64,000 nucleotides of DNA from an uncultured Planctomycetota bacterium (GCA_963849325.1 CAWKHF010000009.1:64001-128000); one strand, 5' to 3'; positions 1 through 11,155 are shown, counted from the stretch's first letter. A program made the numbers and translations. Notes: generated from the letters alone by a model not told the origin.

Positions 1-226
1 CGACTACATGAAGAACAAGCAGATCGCCCTGATTATCAACACGCCCAGCGGCAAGGGGGCACGCACCGACGAGGGCAAGATTCGCTCGGCGGCGGTGGCC
101 AACGGCGTGACGTGCATCACCACGCTGGCCGCGGCCCAGGCCGCCGTCGAGGCCTGCCGCGCCAGCCGTCAGCGGCCGTGGACGGTTTGTGCGCTACAAG
201 ATCGGTTCGGGAAAACAGAAGATTGA
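1..226 (+). CDS. carB: Carbamoyl-phosphate synthase large subunit, C-terminal MGS-like domain (5' truncated by window edge)
   Basis: IALIINTPSGK...DEGKIRSAAV..GVTCITTLAAA matches the CarB C-terminal MGS domain. Confidence 0.85.
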   Translation, partial: DYMKNKQIALIINTPSGKGARTDEGKIRSAAVANGVTCITTLAAAQAAVEACRASRQRPWTVCALQDRFGKTED

Positions 227-263
227 CGGTTGATGTTGAAAAGAAAGCGTCGTCTTTCCTCTC

Positions 264-326
264 CGTTTAGCCGCGACGCGCAGCGGAGCGCGTTACCCGC
301 GCTCCGCTGCGCGTCGCGGCTAAACG
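264..326. repeat. REP/REPIN-like palindrome, family A, copy 1
   Basis: Perfect 29-bp arms CGTTTAGCCGCGACGCGCAGCGGAGCGCG around a 5-nt loop TTACC, between convergent genes; same arm at 34024 and 63851. Confidence 0.9.
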
Positions 327-350
327 AGACACGGTCACCGGGCAGGTGTA

Positions 351-1557
351 TCAGAACGCCGCCCGCAAGATGCCTTCCAGATCATCCACCGTCACCGACC
401 GCGGATTGACGCGCAGGATGCGCTGGATGCCGAACGCCTTCTCGGCGAACGGCCGCAGTTGCGATTCCGTCACGCCCAGGTCGCGCAGGCGCAGCGGGAT
501 GCCGATGTCCCGACGCAGCTGCTCGACGGCGGCGATTGCCAGCTCGGCGGCGTCCGCCTCGCTCTTGCCGTCCACGTCGTCGCCGAGCAGGCGGGCGATG
601 ACGGCGAGTTGAGGACGACGGGCCGGCAGGTTGTAGCGCATGACGAACGGCAGCAGCAGGCCGTTGCCGGCCCCGTGCGAGCAGTGCGTGGCGCCGCCGA
701 CCGGGTACTCCAGGGCATGCACGACGGCGACGCCGACGTTGGAGAACGCCAGGCCGGCCAGCGTCGCGGCCAGGGCCATGCCCTCGCGGGCCTCGAGGTC
801 GGAGCCGTGGGCGCACGGCCCGACGGAGATACTTGCCGACCAGGGCGATGGCCTTCTCGGCGAACAGGTCGCCGAAGGGATGGCGGCCCTGGTAGACGGA
901 ACGCTCGCCGTGCGGCAGCGGGAAGACGGCGTTGTCCACGGCGGTGTACGCCTCGATGGCGTGCGTCAGGGCGTCGATGCCGCTGTCGGCCGTCACCTTC
1001 GGCGGACACGAGACGGTCAGCAGCGGATCGACCAGCGCCACGCTCGGCCGCAGATGGTTGCTGAGGATGCCGACCTTGATTTGTCGTTCGGTGTCGGTGA
1101 GCACGGACGCGGCGGACACTTCCGAGCCGGTGCCGGCCGTGGTCGGCAGGCACAACAGCGGCAGGACCGGGCCGGGAACCTTGTCGTCGCCGACGTAATC
1201 GAGCGGTTTGCCGCCGTGCGTCAGGACGACGGCGGTGATCTTGGCGAGGTCCATGTTGCTGCCGCCGCCGAGTCCGAGCACGGCGTCGGGCCGAAATTCG
1301 CGGCCGCGCGCGATCGCCGCCGCGGCGGCGCGCATGGACGGCTCCGGTTCGCCGCCGGAGAACACCTCGACCACGACGCCCGCTTCGCTGAGCGGAACGT
1401 GGACCGCTTCGACGAGTCCGGCCTTGACAAGAACGGGGTCGGTGACGAGCAGGACGCGGCGGATTCCGAGCCGGCCGGCGACGTCGCCGAGCTGCTGGGT
1501 GGCGTGCCGGCCGAAAATCAACTGGCCGGCGGAGTGGAACGTCCAGGTGGTGCGCAT
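351..1557 (-). CDS. Iron-containing alcohol dehydrogenase (apparent frameshift near 812)
   Basis: GLGGGSNMD, PTTAGTGSEV, DALTHAIEAY and HALEY..H..HG motifs split across two frames. Confidence 0.9.
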
Positions 1558-1647
1558 GAAGTACCTCCGTAGGCAAGCAGGCGGTATTGTAACGCACACG
1601 CCGCCGAAGGATAGCGTACAATCGACAGCGACGAAGGGAGGAGCATC

Positions 1648-2187
1648 ATGGGCGTCAACCAGGTCGTTCGCATCGGCATTGTCACCGTGTCCGACCGGGC
1701 CAGTCGCGGCGAGTACCAGGATCTCGGCGGACCCGCCATCCGCGATTGCCTTGGCGAGATCCTTTCGTGTCCGTGGGAGCCGCTCCCGCGCGTTATCCCG
1801 GACGAACGGTCGCTCATCGAGGCGACCTTGAAAGAGTTGTGCGATAAGGAGAGCTGTTGCCTGGTAGTGACGACGGGCGGCACGGGGCCGGCGCGGCGCG
1901 ACGTGACGCCGGAGGCGACGGAAGCCGTCTGCGACAAGCTGCTCGACGGTTTCGGCGAACAGATGCGGGCCGTGTCGCTGAAGTTCGTGCCGACGGCGAT
2001 CTTGTCGCGGCAGATTGCCGGCGTCCGCGGTCATTCGCTCATCGTCAACTTGCCGGGCAAACCCAGCGCCATCCGCGATTGTCTGCTGGCGGTGTTCCCG
2101 GCCATCCCCTACTGCATCGATCTGATCGAGGGTCCGTACCTGACGACGAACGAGGCCGTCGTCAAGGCGTTTCGGCCGAAGAAATGA
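1648..2187 (+). CDS. mog: Molybdopterin adenylyltransferase
   Basis: TVSDRASRGEYQDLGG, TTGGTGPARRDVTPEAT, NLPGKP; GGAGGAG RBS upstream. Confidence 0.93.
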   Translation: MGVNQVVRIGIVTVSDRASRGEYQDLGGPAIRDCLGEILSCPWEPLPRVIPDERSLIEATLKELCDKESCCLVVTTGGTGPARRDVTPEATEAVCDKLLDGFGEQMRAVSLKFVPTAILSRQIAGVRGHSLIVNLPGKPSAIRDCLLAVFPAIPYCIDLIEGPYLTTNEAVVKAFRPKK

Positions 2188-2214
2188 ACGGAGGGCCGCT
2201 CGCGGTTTGTCGCC

Positions 2215-2906
2215 GTGGAAATCGATCTCAACTGCGACCTGGGCGAAGGCTGCCCGCACGACGCCGAGTTGATGCCGCTGATCACGTCGGCCAATGTCGC
2301 TTGCGGCTTTCACGCTGGCGACGCGGCCACGGCCCATGCCACGCTGAAGCTGGCGGCGCGCAAGGCGTTCAGGTCGGCGCCCATCCCGGCTTCGCCGACC
2401 GCGAACACTTCGGTCGCCGCGAATTGGCGCGGACGGAAGAGCAAATCTTCGAGGAGTGCGTGTACCAGATCGGCGCGTTGGCCGGTCTGTCTCGCGCTGC
2501 CGGCGTGTCGCTGTCCTATGTCAAGCCGCATGGGGCGCTGTACAACATGGCCTGCCGCGAGGACGCTTATGCCCGGCCGATTGTCGAGGCGGTGGCGCTG
2601 TTCGGGTTAGCACTGATGGCCCTGCCGGATTCGCGGCTGGAGTCGCTGAGTGGTGGGCGCTGTCCATTTATCCGTGAGGGCTTCGCGGATCGGCGCGATC
2701 TGTCGGATGGATCGCTCGTGCCGCGCGGGCGTCCGGATGCGTTCGTGGTGGAGCTGGCCGAGGCCGTGCAGCAGGCCGAACGACTGCTGCGCGACAAGGG
2801 AGTGCGCACACTCTGCGTCCACGGTGATAATCCGCAGGCGCTGGCATTTGTCCGCGAACTGCGCGATGTTTTGAGCCGATGTGGCTTCACAATTCGCAAG
2901 TTCTGA
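2215..2906 (+). CDS. pxpA: 5-oxoprolinase subunit A, LamB/YcsF family (apparent frameshift near 2364)
   Basis: [22 protein letters not shown], then [25 protein letters not shown] and TLCVHGDNP in the next frame. Confidence 0.9.
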
Positions 2907-2952
2907 AGAGAAGCATCGGCTAGGAAATGGAATGACGAGGGAGGAGCAGGAT

Positions 2953-3720
2953 ATGCGGAGGGTAATCCAGATCCTGATCGTAGTCCTGATCTTGCTGATG
3001 TGCGGAGGCATCGTTACTCTCTTCGTCGCCAAGGTACACGAAGCGGCCGCGCGCTCGCAATGCATCAATAACCTCAAGCAACTCGGCCTAGCGATCCTGA
3101 ACTACCACGATACCTACGCCGAGTTCCCCCAAGCAGCCATGCCGAAACCGGCACGGTGGCCGGACAGTCGCCAGAGCTGGATCGTTGCTATTGTGCCGTT
3201 CGTTGAAGCCAGTCCACTTTACAACAAAATGGATCACGAGAAAGCATGGGACGCCGAGGAAAACCGCTTCGCCGCCCTGTTGGTAGTTAAGTTTTTGCAA
3301 TGCCCAGCCTACCCGGAGCGTCCGCCGACGAGCACCTTCGCTCCGACGCACTATATCGGTATGGCCGGCATCGGGGACAGGGCCATCGATCTGCCGTTGG
3401 AAGACGGTCGCGCTGGCTTCTTCGGATATGAGAGGACCATCAAACGCGCGGATGTGGAAGGTCGTGCCGGTTCCCTCTTGATGCTCATTGAGACGAGCCG
3501 TGCGAGTGGTGCATGGACGGCCGCTGGACCACCGACGACGCGCGGACTGGACCCGAATAGATCGCCGTACATTGGGAGTGAGGGCCAGTTCGGCGGCAAC
3601 CATCCCCACGGTGCGAACGCCGTGTTCGCCGACGGCTCGGTTCGTTTCATCGAGCAATCCATCGCTCCGGCGGCGTTGGAGGCGATGGCCACCCTCAGCG
3701 GCAAAGGCAATCCGGAGTGA
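2953..3720 (+). CDS. DUF1559 domain protein (planctomycete family)
   Basis: N-terminal hydrophobic helix, EAAARSQCINNLKQLGLA..NYHD, C-terminal H-X9-DG motif HPHGANAVFADGSVRF. Confidence 0.9.
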   Translation: MRRVIQILIVVLILLMCGGIVTLFVAKVHEAAARSQCINNLKQLGLAILNYHDTYAEFPQAAMPKPARWPDSRQSWIVAIVPFVEASPLYNKMDHEKAWDAEENRFAALLVVKFLQCPAYPERPPTSTFAPTHYIGMAGIGDRAIDLPLEDGRAGFFGYERTIKRADVEGRAGSLLMLIETSRASGAWTAAGPPTTRGLDPNRSPYIGSEGQFGGNHPHGANAVFADGSVRFIEQSIAPAALEAMATLSGKGNPE

Positions 3721-4635
3721 CGCCATCGCCGCGCTCATCGTTTCCAACCCCGGCTTGTGTACGCTGGTCGTGGATCACGGCCGGCCGCGAACGCGCCGTC
3801 TCGGGGTACCGGTCGGCGGCGCCGCGGATCGCTTCGCCCTGGCGGTCGGCAACGCCTTGGTCGGCAATCCGCCCGACGCCGCCGCCCTGGAAATCGGCCT
3901 GAGCGGGCCGACGCTCGCGGCCGACGGCGAACTGGCCTGCGTTCTCTACGGCACTCCCTTCGAGATGATGCTGGGCGGTCTCGCCTGGGAAGTGGGCAAG
4001 ACCTTCACGCTGCATCGCGGCGAGGAACTGCGGATCGGCGGCACGCCGCGCGGCATGCGCGCCTACTTGTGCGTGCGCGGCGGCCTGCTGACGCCCATTC
4101 TCCTCGGCAGTCGCTCCAGCCTCGAACCGCTGCGGGCCGGCGCGAAACTGAACTGTCAAGCCGGTGTCATTCACGTCCGCCATTTCCAGCATGAATTTGA
4201 TTGGAACGCCGAGCCACGTCTGCTGCGCGTCGTGGACGGAGCGCAGGCCGATTGGTTTCGCGCGGACGAGTTCTATCGGCAAGAGTTCACGGTAACGCCA
4301 GCGAGCAACCGCATGGGGCTGCGCTTGCGGGGCGAGCCGCTGACGCTGCCGGAGTGTGAGTTGGTGTCCGAGCCGGTCTGTCCCGGCAGTGTCCAGACGA
4401 CGCGCGACGGGCAGTGCATAGTCCTCGGCGTGGATGGACAGACCATCGGCGGTTATCCCAAGATCGCCCAGGTCATCAGTGCCGACCTCGACAAACTGGC
4501 GCAGTTGCGCCGGGCGCGACGATCCGTTTTCGGTGTGTCAAGCAGGAAGAAGCCGAGGCGCTGTACCGGGCGAAGCAGGCCGAGTTGCGCGAATGGTGTA
4601 CCCGCCTGCGGACGGCGGAGGTATTCGCTTCATAA
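3717..4635 (+). CDS. pxpC: 5-oxoprolinase subunit C / biotin-dependent carboxyltransferase family (start uncertain; frameshift near 4512)
   Basis: GGAADRFALAVGNALVGN, GMRAYLCVRGG, SNRMGLRL, DGQTIGGYPKIA. Confidence 0.85.
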
Positions 4636-4691
4636 GATGAAAGGTGGTCCGCCCCCACCCAAATGTTTACCCGTTATTTGAGATCCCTCAT

Positions 4692-5671
4692 ATGGACAAA
4701 ATTCTCATCGCTCCCATGACCCTGGCCGGACTGGAAGGCGCCTACGCACAAGCGCTGCGTGACGCCGGCTTCGAGCTGGTCTACCCCAACAAGGCGGCAC
4801 AGTTGACCGAGGACGAACTGCTGGAGGTGCTGCCCGGCATCAAGGCATCGCTGGCCGGCTCGGAGCCGTACACCGCTCGCGTGCTGGCCGCCCATCCGTC
4901 GCTGCGCGTCATCGCCCGCGCCGGCGTCGGTTTCGACGCCGTGGATGTCGCCGCGGCGACGCAACAGGGCGTCGCCGTCTGCATCACGCCGGGCACCAAC
5001 GAGGGCGCCGTGGCCGAGCACACTTTCAGCATGATCCTCGGCCTGGCCAAGAACCTGGTGGCCCAGCATCTCGCCGTCAAGGCGGGAGGCTGGCCGCGCG
5101 GCGGCAACCTGCCCTTGCGCGGCCGCACGCTCGGCATCGCTGGACTGGGACGCATCGGCAAGGCCGTGGCCGTGCGCGGCCAGGCTTTCGGCATGCATCT
5201 GCTCGCCTACGACCCGGTGCCCGACACGGCCTTCGCCGCTCATCATCACGTCACCCTGGTGCCGTTCGAGCGCCTGCTGGCCGAGTCGGATTACCTGACG
5301 CTGCACCTGCCCGTCAGCGCCGACTCGCGCTACCTGATCAATCGTCAGACGTTGGCGCGGATGAAGCCGACCGCCTTCCTGATTAACACGGCGCGGGCGC
5401 GATCCTCAACGAGACCGACCTGCTCGACGCGCTGCGGAACAAGCGGCTGGCGGGAGCGGGGCTTGACGTATTCGAGCAGGAACCGCCGGGCCAACACCCT
5501 CTGTTCGGTCTGGACAACGTGTTGCTGACGCCGCACGCCGCGGGGGTGGACGTGCAATCGCGCGATGACATGGCCCTGTCGGCGGCGCAGGCGATCGTCT
5601 CGTTGTCGCGCGGCGAATGGCCGACGGAGAAGGTGGTCAACCCCGACGCGCGAACGAACTTCCGCTGGTGA
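4692..5671 (+). CDS. D-2-hydroxyacid / phosphoglycerate dehydrogenase family (frameshift near 5397)
   Basis: ARAGVGFD, GLGRIG, FLINTAR, then AGLDVFEQEP and NVLLTPHAAG in the shifted frame. Confidence 0.88.
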
Positions 5672-5692
5672 CCACGGATCAAGAGAAGATTT

Positions 5693-5843
5693 ATCACCAC
5701 GGAAAGCACGGAAAACACGGAAAAAAGACAAAAAGAAAAAGAGGACAAGCCAGGACAGAGGAGGGCGGCCGATACGGTACTGCTATGCTTCTTTTACATT
5801 CTTTTTGCCTTTTTTCCGTGTTTTCCGTGTTTTCCGTGGTGAT
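5693..5843. repeat. Inverted 9-mer tandem-repeat element (CACGGAAAA x3 / TTTTCCGTG x3), copy 1
   Basis: ATCACCACGGAAAGCACGGAAAACACGGAAAAAAG...CTTTTTTCCGTGTTTTCCGTGTTTTCCGTGGTGAT around a unique spacer. Confidence 0.9.
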
Positions 5844-6838
5844 TATTCTTCTTCGAGCGTCGCGCCGTGGTTACATGCCGGCGTCACCAGCACGGCGAAG
5901 TCTTCCAGAGCAAAGCGATCGCGCAGCCGGGCGGCCAGGTGTTGGCCGTGGTCCTCATCGGCAACGACGGCGAAAACCGTCGGTCCCCACGAACTCTGTC
6001 CCACGCCGCGCACCCCCTGGCCGCGCACGAACGCCACCCGTTCCGCCACGCGCGGGCTGGCATACACGCCGCCCTGCACCGGCGCGAACGTCTCGCCGAC
6101 CCGTGCGTTGAAGTCGTACAGCGCCTCGCCGAAACCATCCAGGTCGCGCTCCACGAGCGCGGGCAACAGACCCAGCAGCACGAGACGGCAGAGCGTGTCG
6201 GGGCCGCCGGACGCGGCCGGACACTCGGTCAGCTGGGCGAAGGCCTCAATCTCGCGGTCGCCGTGTATTCCTGTCGTTCGATCGCGGGCGTCGGGCAGAA
6301 CGAGCACCAGGCGCCACGGCTCGGGGAAGGCGAGACGGGCGACCAGCGGGGCGAGCTGGTCCGTGGTGTGCTTGCCGGACTCCACCAGCAAGCCGCCCTG
6401 CTCGAAGCCGTGCGCTCCCAGGGCCGAACGCTGTCCGCGTCCGACTCGCCGTACCAGGCTGGGCAGATCGCACTTCAGACCCCAGGAGACCGCCAGCGCT
6501 CGGGCCACCGTCAGCCCCAACTGAGTGCCGCTGCCCAGGCCGGCGTGTTCCGGCAACGCCTGCTCGCTCAACAAACGCCGGGGGGGACAGTCACGTCCGC
6601 CCTCTTCTTGCCGGGTACACTGGGCAAAGCGGTGAGCGAAGGCCAGGGCGCGATCGGCCAGCGGCCCGTCGGCCGACCATGAAGGGGCCGCGACGACGCG
6701 CAGCCGCAATCCCGGCCGCTCCACCATCACGCCAACGCCGCCGAAGCGGCGCAGCCTCGTCGTTTCGGTGGGCGTCTCCGTCCCTGTTGGATTCAGCAAA
6801 CCAAAGTGCAATCGGCCATACGCCTGCACACGTACCAT
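5843..6838 (-). CDS. mptG: Beta-ribofuranosylaminobenzene 5'-phosphate synthase (H4MPT biosynthesis)
   Basis: RLHFGL, GHMP-like PEHAGLGSGTQ, GRGQRSALG..GF..GG, GQSSWGPT. Confidence 0.85.
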   Translation of the reverse strand: MVRVQAYGRLHFGLLNPTGTETPTETTRLRRFGGVGVMVERPGLRLRVVAAPSWSADGPLADRALAFAHRFAQCTRQEEGGRDCPPRRLLSEQALPEHAGLGSGTQLGLTVARALAVSWGLKCDLPSLVRRVGRGQRSALGAHGFEQGGLLVESGKHTTDQLAPLVARLAFPEPWRLVLVLPDARDRTTGIHGDREIEAFAQLTECPAASGGPDTLCRLVLLGLLPALVERDLDGFGEALYDFNARVGETFAPVQGGVYASPRVAERVAFVRGQGVRGVGQSSWGPTVFAVVADEDHGQHLAARLRDRFALEDFAVLVTPACNHGATLEEE

Positions 6839-6860
6839 GTTCCCATCCTTCGCCGCGCGA

Positions 6861-7456
6861 TCACGGACCTCGAACTTTTCGTTCTCTCTCTCGCCGCAGG
6901 TGGTCACACAGAAGCGCGAACGCGGCGTGTTCTTGCGGGCCGCCCGTCTTCTCGACGAGGATGGCCAGCTTGCGATACTCGGCTTCAATCTCGTCCAGCG
7001 CCAGGAAGGCGGTGCGCGTGGCCAGGATGGCGGCCTCGACGACGGCGTGCTTGGCCCGGTTGAAGCCGAAGAAGTCGCGCAGCCGGCCGGTATGCACCAC
7101 CTCCGCCTCGAACACGCGCGCTCAGCCTTGTCGTCGCGGGAGGTGACGCGGAACTCGTGGAAGCGACAGGCATCGGCGAGCACCCAGCCGCGCACCCGCG
7201 TCGCCGGTCGCAGCGCCGGCCGCGGTTCCAATGCCCCCAGCGCCGACCGCGCCAGCAGCAACACGTCATCGCTGACGTGCAGGACGCCCTCGCCGTGTTC
7301 CACGAGGTTGGCATACGTCTGCGCCGTGCGGAAGGGACGCAGGACGAAGCGCGTCAGCTCCGCCGTCGCGGCCTCGGGACCGACGTGCGGTCCCATCGGG
7401 GCGATGTTGACCTCGCCCGCGGCGGAAACGGTGGTGACGATGCCTTCGAGGATCAT
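6861..7456 (-). CDS. DUF447 family protein, associated with H4MPT gene clusters (frameshift near 7120)
   Basis: MILEGIVTT..NIAPMGP..LRPF...TY.NL and C-terminal GFNRAKHAVVEAAILATR...LVEKTGG. Confidence 0.8.
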
Positions 7457-7962
7457 GACGGTTCGGCCGGCGTCAGGACACGGACGACGGGAAGCGGAGT
7501 GAGGTCGGTTTTGACCGGCGGGGGCCGGGTGACGATCTGGACAAAGGCCAGGACGACGAGGACGATTGCGGAAAGGAGCGCGGCGAGCAAGGTCATCAGC
7601 AGCAACTCGACGCCGGCGATCAGCAATCCCTTCTGGAGTGAGGCGGACAGGAGCAAAGTGTAGATCACAGCCGACAGCATCCAGGTGAGCATCAGCGACG
7701 CGGCCAGGGCGGCGAGGCGCATACCGCCGAAGCTATCGCCGGGGTCGGCGTCGTACCTGCCGGCGTACCAGACGAGCACCGCCGCCAGGGGCAGGCAGAT
7801 CACGAGGGTCGCCGAGTAGATCGGTAGCGAACGGAAGTAACCGCGTTCGGGTACGTCCGCCAGGGCGCATCCGGCCTGGAACAGAAACGTGCCCACGCCG
7901 AGCAGGGCGACGAGAGCGCCCAGCCCAGCAATCACGAGCCAGGCAGTACCGATGCCGAACAT
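7453..7962 (-). CDS. Hypothetical integral membrane protein (about 4 TM)
   Basis: Four hydrophobic segments; GGAGG RBS; stop overlaps the start of the next gene. Confidence 0.75.
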   Translation of the reverse strand: MFGIGTAWLVIAGLGALVALLGVGTFLFQAGCALADVPERGYFRSLPIYSATLVICLPLAAVLVWYAGRYDADPGDSFGGMRLAALAASLMLTWMLSAVIYTLLLSASLQKGLLIAGVELLLMTLLAALLSAIVLVVLAFVQIVTRPPPVKTDLTPLPVVRVLTPAEPS

Positions 7963-8080
7963 GCCGCCTCCGATGCGATGCGTGCCGCCACGGCCCTACC
8001 CTAGCGCGCAGCGAGGAGCCTGTCAACCAGTGGAAGATGCCGCTCGGTCCCTCTCACTTTCGCCCGTTCCCACCGTGCGA

Positions 8081-8086
8081 TATAAT
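8081..8086 (+). promoter_or_regulatory. Putative sigma-70 -10 box of the def-fmt operon
   Basis: Perfect TATAAT about 45 nt upstream of def in a GC-rich background; no clear -35. Confidence 0.5.
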
Positions 8087-8129
8087 CCCCTCGTGAGCCG
8101 AAGTCCGCGTTGTCCCCGGTGAAAGTGGT

Positions 8130-8750
8130 ATGAAGATTGTCCGTTATCCGCATCCCGCCCTGCGCCAGCCGGCGAAGCCGCTGGCCGCCATCGACAAGCA
8201 GGTCCACCTCGATGCGGCCCGCATGTTGGAATTGATGTACGAACATCGCGGACTCGGCCTCGCCGCCAATCAGGTGTTCCTGCCCTATCGCATCGTCGTC
8301 CTCAATCCGACCGGCGATCCGCAGCAGCGCGACAAGGAAGAAGTGCTGCTCAACCCCGCCATCCTGGAGCGCAAAGGTTCGATCGAGGGCGAGGAAGGCT
8401 GCCTGAGCTTCCCCGATCTGTTCCAGAAGATTCGCCGGGCCAAGACGGTCGCCGTGCAGGCGTACAACCTCAAGGGCGAGGTCGTCGCGAAGGTCGTCAG
8501 CGACCTGGAAGCGCGCCTGTGGCAGCACGAGGTCGATCACCTCGACGGCATCCTGTTCATCGACAAGATGGGCACGATCGCCAAGCTGTCCAGCCGCGGC
8601 AAGCTCAAGGAGTTCGAGCAGGACTTCCAGCGCGGCCAGGAGAAGGGAGAAATTCCTTCGATGGCCGAGCTGGAACGCCTCGTGAAAGCGCGGGCCGAGG
8701 CGATGGAGAAAAACGGTCAACCGCCGCAGGACGAGCCTCCCCCCCTTTGA
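8130..8750 (+). CDS. def: Peptide deformylase
   Basis: GLGLAANQV, EGCLSFP, QHEVDHLDG. Confidence 0.97.
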   Translation: MKIVRYPHPALRQPAKPLAAIDKQVHLDAARMLELMYEHRGLGLAANQVFLPYRIVVLNPTGDPQQRDKEEVLLNPAILERKGSIEGEEGCLSFPDLFQKIRRAKTVAVQAYNLKGEVVAKVVSDLEARLWQHEVDHLDGILFIDKMGTIAKLSSRGKLKEFEQDFQRGQEKGEIPSMAELERLVKARAEAMEKNGQPPQDEPPPL

Positions 8751-8767
8751 CCCAGGGATGATCCGGC

Positions 8768-9754
8768 ATGCGCGTCGTGATGATGGGCACCGGCCTGTTC
8801 GCCGAGCCGACGTTGGAAGCTTTGCTGGCCGCACCTCATTCGGTTGTCGGTCTGGTCACGCAGCCGGATCGCGCCGTCGGTCCGGAGCGCGGCTCGACGC
8901 GGCAGACCGGGCGCGGCATGAAGAACATCGCCGTCGAACACGGCGTCCCGGTCCTGCAACCGGAGAGCATCAACACTCCCCAGGGTGTCCGCGATTTGCA
9001 GGCGCTGCAACCGGACCTCCTTGTCGTCGCCGCCTACGGGCAGATCCTGTCGCGCGACGTGCTGTCCGTGCCGCCGCGCGGCGGCATCAACGTCCACGCC
9101 TCGCTGCTGCCGAAGTATCGCGGAGCGGCGCCGATCGCCTGGGCCATCTACCACGGCGAGACGCGCACCGGCGTCACCATCATCAAGATGTCCGTGTCCC
9201 TCGATGCCGGCGACATGCTGGCCCAGGAAGCCATCGATATTGGCCCGGAGGAGACGGCTGGCGAAGTCGAGGCTCGTCTGGCGCCGCTCGGAGCGCGGCT
9301 GGCGCTGCACGTGATCGAACAGATCCAGAAGGGCACGGTGCAGGGCCGCAAACAAGATCCCAGTCAGGTGACGAAAGCGCCGAAGCTGAAGAAGGAGAAC
9401 GGTCTGATCGACTGGAACCGTACCGCCGAGCAGGTGTGCAATCAAATCCGCGCGATGCAGCCTTGGCCGACTGCTTACACTTTCCGTCACACACGTGGTC
9501 AACCGTCATCACGATTAATTGTCCTTAAAGCAACAGTGGCCCAGGTGTCGGTCTCCCGCTCTGCTTCCATCCATCCCGGTCGGATGTCTACCAGGCCGAC
9601 TATTGGATTGCATCTGCTGGTTGAAGCTGGCGATGGAAAGCTCGTCCAGATTATTCAGGTACAACCCGAGGGGAAGCGGAAGATGTCAGCTCACGAATAC
9701 TTCAATGGCCGGCCAGTTCGTGAAGGCGACCGGCTCGGCCCGGAGACGCCATGA
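8768..9754 (+). CDS. fmt: Methionyl-tRNA formyltransferase
   Basis: VTQPDR, VAAYGQIL, INVHASLLPKYRGAAPI; follows def. Confidence 0.97.
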   Translation: MRVVMMGTGLFAEPTLEALLAAPHSVVGLVTQPDRAVGPERGSTRQTGRGMKNIAVEHGVPVLQPESINTPQGVRDLQALQPDLLVVAAYGQILSRDVLSVPPRGGINVHASLLPKYRGAAPIAWAIYHGETRTGVTIIKMSVSLDAGDMLAQEAIDIGPEETAGEVEARLAPLGARLALHVIEQIQKGTVQGRKQDPSQVTKAPKLKKENGLIDWNRTAEQVCNQIRAMQPWPTAYTFRHTRGQPSSRLIVLKATVAQVSVSRSASIHPGRMSTRPTIGLHLLVEAGDGKLVQIIQVQPEGKRKMSAHEYFNGRPVREGDRLGPETP

Positions 9755-11143
9755 AGCGCGCGATGCCGTCTTTTCAGGGGACCGCACACAACGCCCGCAG
9801 TCTGGCTCTGCAAATCCTCCTCGATTGCCGCAAGCACGACGCTTTCGTCCAGGAAATCCTCGATCGCCAGCTTGGACCCTCGGCGCTCTCGGCCGCCGAT
9901 CGCCGACTCGTCACGCAGCTCGTTTATGGCGTCCTGCGCCGCCGCGGCACTCTGCGAGCACTGCTGGAACCGCTCGTCAACCGGCCGGCCCACAAGGTCG
10001 AATCCTGGCTGTGGGACGCTCTTTACCTGGGTGCCTGCCAGCTCGCCCTGCTCACCCACATACCCCGTCATGCCGCCGTCCACGAAACCGTCGAGTTGGC
10101 CGTTTGCTTTGGCCGTCCCGGCGCGCGTGGCTTTCTCAATGGGGTGCTGCGCCAGCTCGCCGGACTGGTGACGGACGAGTACACGGCGACCGCCGCCGCG
10201 GACGCCCTGCCGCTGGAGCACGGCGAGTATCGCCGCCTGTCTCGCCCTGTGCTTCCCGATCCGACGGCCCATCCGGTAGAATACCTCGCGGCCGGGTTTG
10301 GTCTGCCCGACTGGCTGGTTCGCCGCTGGCTGCCGCGTTACGGTATCGAGGAATGCCGTTGCCTCGGCTTCTGGTTCGCCGGTCCCACCCGCCTGACGCT
10401 GCGCTGCAATCCTTTGCGTATGGAGCGCGAGCCGCTGCTGGCGGCACTCCGCGAGGCCGGCCACACCGCAGAGTCCGGCGAACATCCCCAGGCCGTGCGG
10501 CTGCACGAGTCCGGCCCGATCCGCGACCTGCCCGGCTACGCCGAGGGCTGGTTCACGGTGCAGGATGAGTCGGCCATGCGCGTCGCCTCGGCGCTGGCGC
10601 CCGAGCCGGGCGAAACGATCCTCGACCTGTGCGCCGCTCCCGGCGGCAAGACGACGCACCTGGCCGAGTTGATGCGCGAACACAGGCCGCATCGTCGCTG
10701 GCGACGTGGACGAGCAGCGCTTGCAGACGATTGATGCCCTGGTCCGGCGCCTGGGGCTGTCCATTATCGAGACGCGCCGCGTGGGGGGCGAGGAGGACGC
10801 GGACGTGCCGCCGGGTCCATTCGATCGCGTGCTCGTGGACGTGCCGTGCAGCAACACCGGCGTCCTGGGCAAGCGTCCCGAAGCGCGCTGGCGGCTGCGG
10901 CCCGACGATTTGCGGCAACTCGTGGCCCTGCAATCGCGCCTGCTTCGCCTGGCTGCCGAGCGCGTCCGTCGCGGGGGCGCACTCGTCTATTCGACGTGCA
11001 GCATCGAGCCGGAGGAGAATCGCCGCGTGATCGAGGCGGTACTGCACGAGACGCCGAGCTTGCGGTTGGAGGCGGAGGAGGAGGCGTTGCCAGGGATGCC
11101 GAGTGATGGGGGTTACTGGGCGCGACTCCGACGAAAGACGTAA
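9751..11143 (+). CDS. rsmB: 16S rRNA m5C967 methyltransferase RsmB/Sun, NusB-like + SAM domain (frameshift near 10681)
   Basis: [19 protein letters not shown], then [11 protein letters not shown] and LVYSTCS in the next frame; def-fmt-rsmB synteny. Confidence 0.9.
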
Positions 11144-11155
11144 AAGGACCTACCC

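Noticed and set aside
5843..7456. 537-aa ORF looking like a DUF447-MptG fusion
   Set aside because: The DUF447 C-terminus is in another frame (6861-7115), so the read-through is caused by one indel near 7120
9480..9720. AT-richer 3' segment of fmt as a possible insertion or intein
   Set aside because: The frame is intact and ends with the expected QPEGKRKM motif; the variable C-terminal domain explains it
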